In this document: positions 25,233 to 26,263 of the stretch, piece after piece | How the letters are laid out: each line of letters begins with the position of its first letter | Position numbering within the stretch: the stretch's first letter is position 1 | The notes under the pieces: model-generated | What the model saw: the letters and a program-made list of their open reading frames with translations, nothing else | What the model was told of the DNA's origin: nothing | Database searches by the model: none | IMG/VR virus record: IMGVR_UViG_3300025014_000209 | DNA from: a virus | Strand: one strand, 5' to 3' | Length of the DNA stretch: 26,263 bases | Made by a program: the position numbers and the translations under genes

Positions 25233-25295
25233 TTATTCGCATTCTTCATTGATCTCAATCTAAAATATTATTAATAGTTAAAAACATTTAAATAA

Positions 25296-25766
25296 ATGAA
25301 AAAAATGAAACAACAATCATATGAAAGAATAGGAATATTATCTTTATCTGATGTAATTCCACATATTGAAAAAAATCTAGGCCAACCTGGTAAAACTAAA
25401 GTAGAGGTTAAAGGATTTACCTTTAACACTCAAAGCCTTAGATTAAAAACATTTTTAAAAACAGGAACAACTTGTCCATGCTGTAATATTGTTGCTGAAT
25501 TTTTTGCTGTTGAACGAGCAAAAGGTAGTAAAGATGGCTTTCACATTAATCTTTACGGATATAATGAAAACAAAGAAGAAGTAATTTTTACTCATGATCA
25601 TATTATTTCTAGAGCATTAGGTGGCGAAGACAACCTAGCTAATTCACGAACTATGTGTGGACCATGTAATTGGGAAAAGGGAAGGATAGAATATCTTTTA
25701 TTAAAAGAAAACTCTATTCAAGATATTGAAAAAATTAATCAACAACTAAAAAAATATAAACCTTAA
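25296..25766 (+). CDS. HNH endonuclease
   Basis: CPCC, then THDHIISRALGG.D...N...MC..CN..KG. Confidence 0.85.
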   Translation: MKKMKQQSYERIGILSLSDVIPHIEKNLGQPGKTKVEVKGFTFNTQSLRLKTFLKTGTTCPCCNIVAEFFAVERAKGSKDGFHINLYGYNENKEEVIFTHDHIISRALGGEDNLANSRTMCGPCNWEKGRIEYLLLKENSIQDIEKINQQLKKYKP

Positions 25767-25860
25767 TTTTTAGATATAGTAATAATTTGTAGTTCAATTA
25801 TCCTATTATATTATAACAAAGTAAAAGTATAGAAGAAAAAAATTTCAATATAAAATCTAA

Positions 25861-26263
25861 TTACGACAATTTTTACCATTAAAAAAATTTAATTACTATC
25901 AAATATTAGCTAAAGATTCCGTTATTAAACAACCACAAGAACATTATGAGGTTAATTACTCTGAAATGGCTAAAAAAAATTTTAATATGGATTATTGAAT
26001 AAATTACCTGTTGATATTGTGGCGAGCCTTTGGTTAGCAAGACAATCAATATTTGGCAAAGAATTTAAAACTGAAAATAATGTAAGTTTTAAGAAGATGT
26101 ATCAAGAAGAAATTAAATTCCCTTATCACAAACAACCCAAACAGAGCAATAGGTTGTTTGTAGGTGAGTTGAAATGGAATGAAGTTTCTTCAGCTTTAGG
26201 AAAGAATAGAAATCATTGGTATAAAAACATAATGGATTATATTCAACCTACGGTAGTTAAACC
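25861..26263 (+). pseudogene. Frameshifted or partial CDS running off the window end
   Basis: Protein-like open segments at 25861-25995 and, in another frame, from 25986 to the window end (LNKLPVDIVASLWLARQ...). No clean start. Confidence 0.45.

Noticed and set aside
25296-25766. HNH as part of an intron, restriction or Cas system
   Set aside because: It is free-standing, with no interrupted host gene, methylase or cas neighbours in view.
1-26263. tRNA, rRNA or riboswitch genes
   Set aside because: No cloverleaf with T-loop/D-loop consensus or GC-rich structured RNA was seen in the intergenic regions. A covariance-model scan would be needed to exclude them fully.

Overview
Very AT-rich (roughly a quarter GC, judged by eye), gene-dense window with short operons on both strands and sigma70-type promoters. 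It has no ribosomal, tRNA or other core chromosomal genes and no virion structural genes. It reads most like an accessory region of a jumbo phage or large plasmid/phage-plasmid; PncB and HU look proteobacterial, PncB specifically betaproteobacterial (inference from recalled family sequences). Recognisable genes encode an XpaC-like membrane protein, an RNase H fusion, a lysozyme-fold protein, a metallophosphoesterase, a LuxI/FeeM-like acyltransferase, a RelA/SpoT-type HD hydrolase, a NAD salvage module (nadD-like, nrtR, pncB), DsbB, a minimal kinase, HU, an Rnl2/DRB0094-type RNA ligase, a LapG-like protease, a class II nucleotidyltransferase, a SLOG protein and an HNH nuclease. Four observations stand out. 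(1) nadD-nrtR and pncB share a near-identical 35-bp palindrome laid over their -35/-10 promoters, which suggests a self-contained ADP-ribose-responsive NAD rebuilding regulon distinct from NARP1/NARP2. (2) Four consecutive unrelated proteins end in the same basic K-x(1-2)-K-I tail. (3) Perfect 26-bp inverted repeats flank a -35 element between divergent genes, a possible invertible promoter. (4) A small gene inside the NAD locus is bracketed by 15-bp direct repeats. No CRISPR array, tRNA or rRNA was seen.
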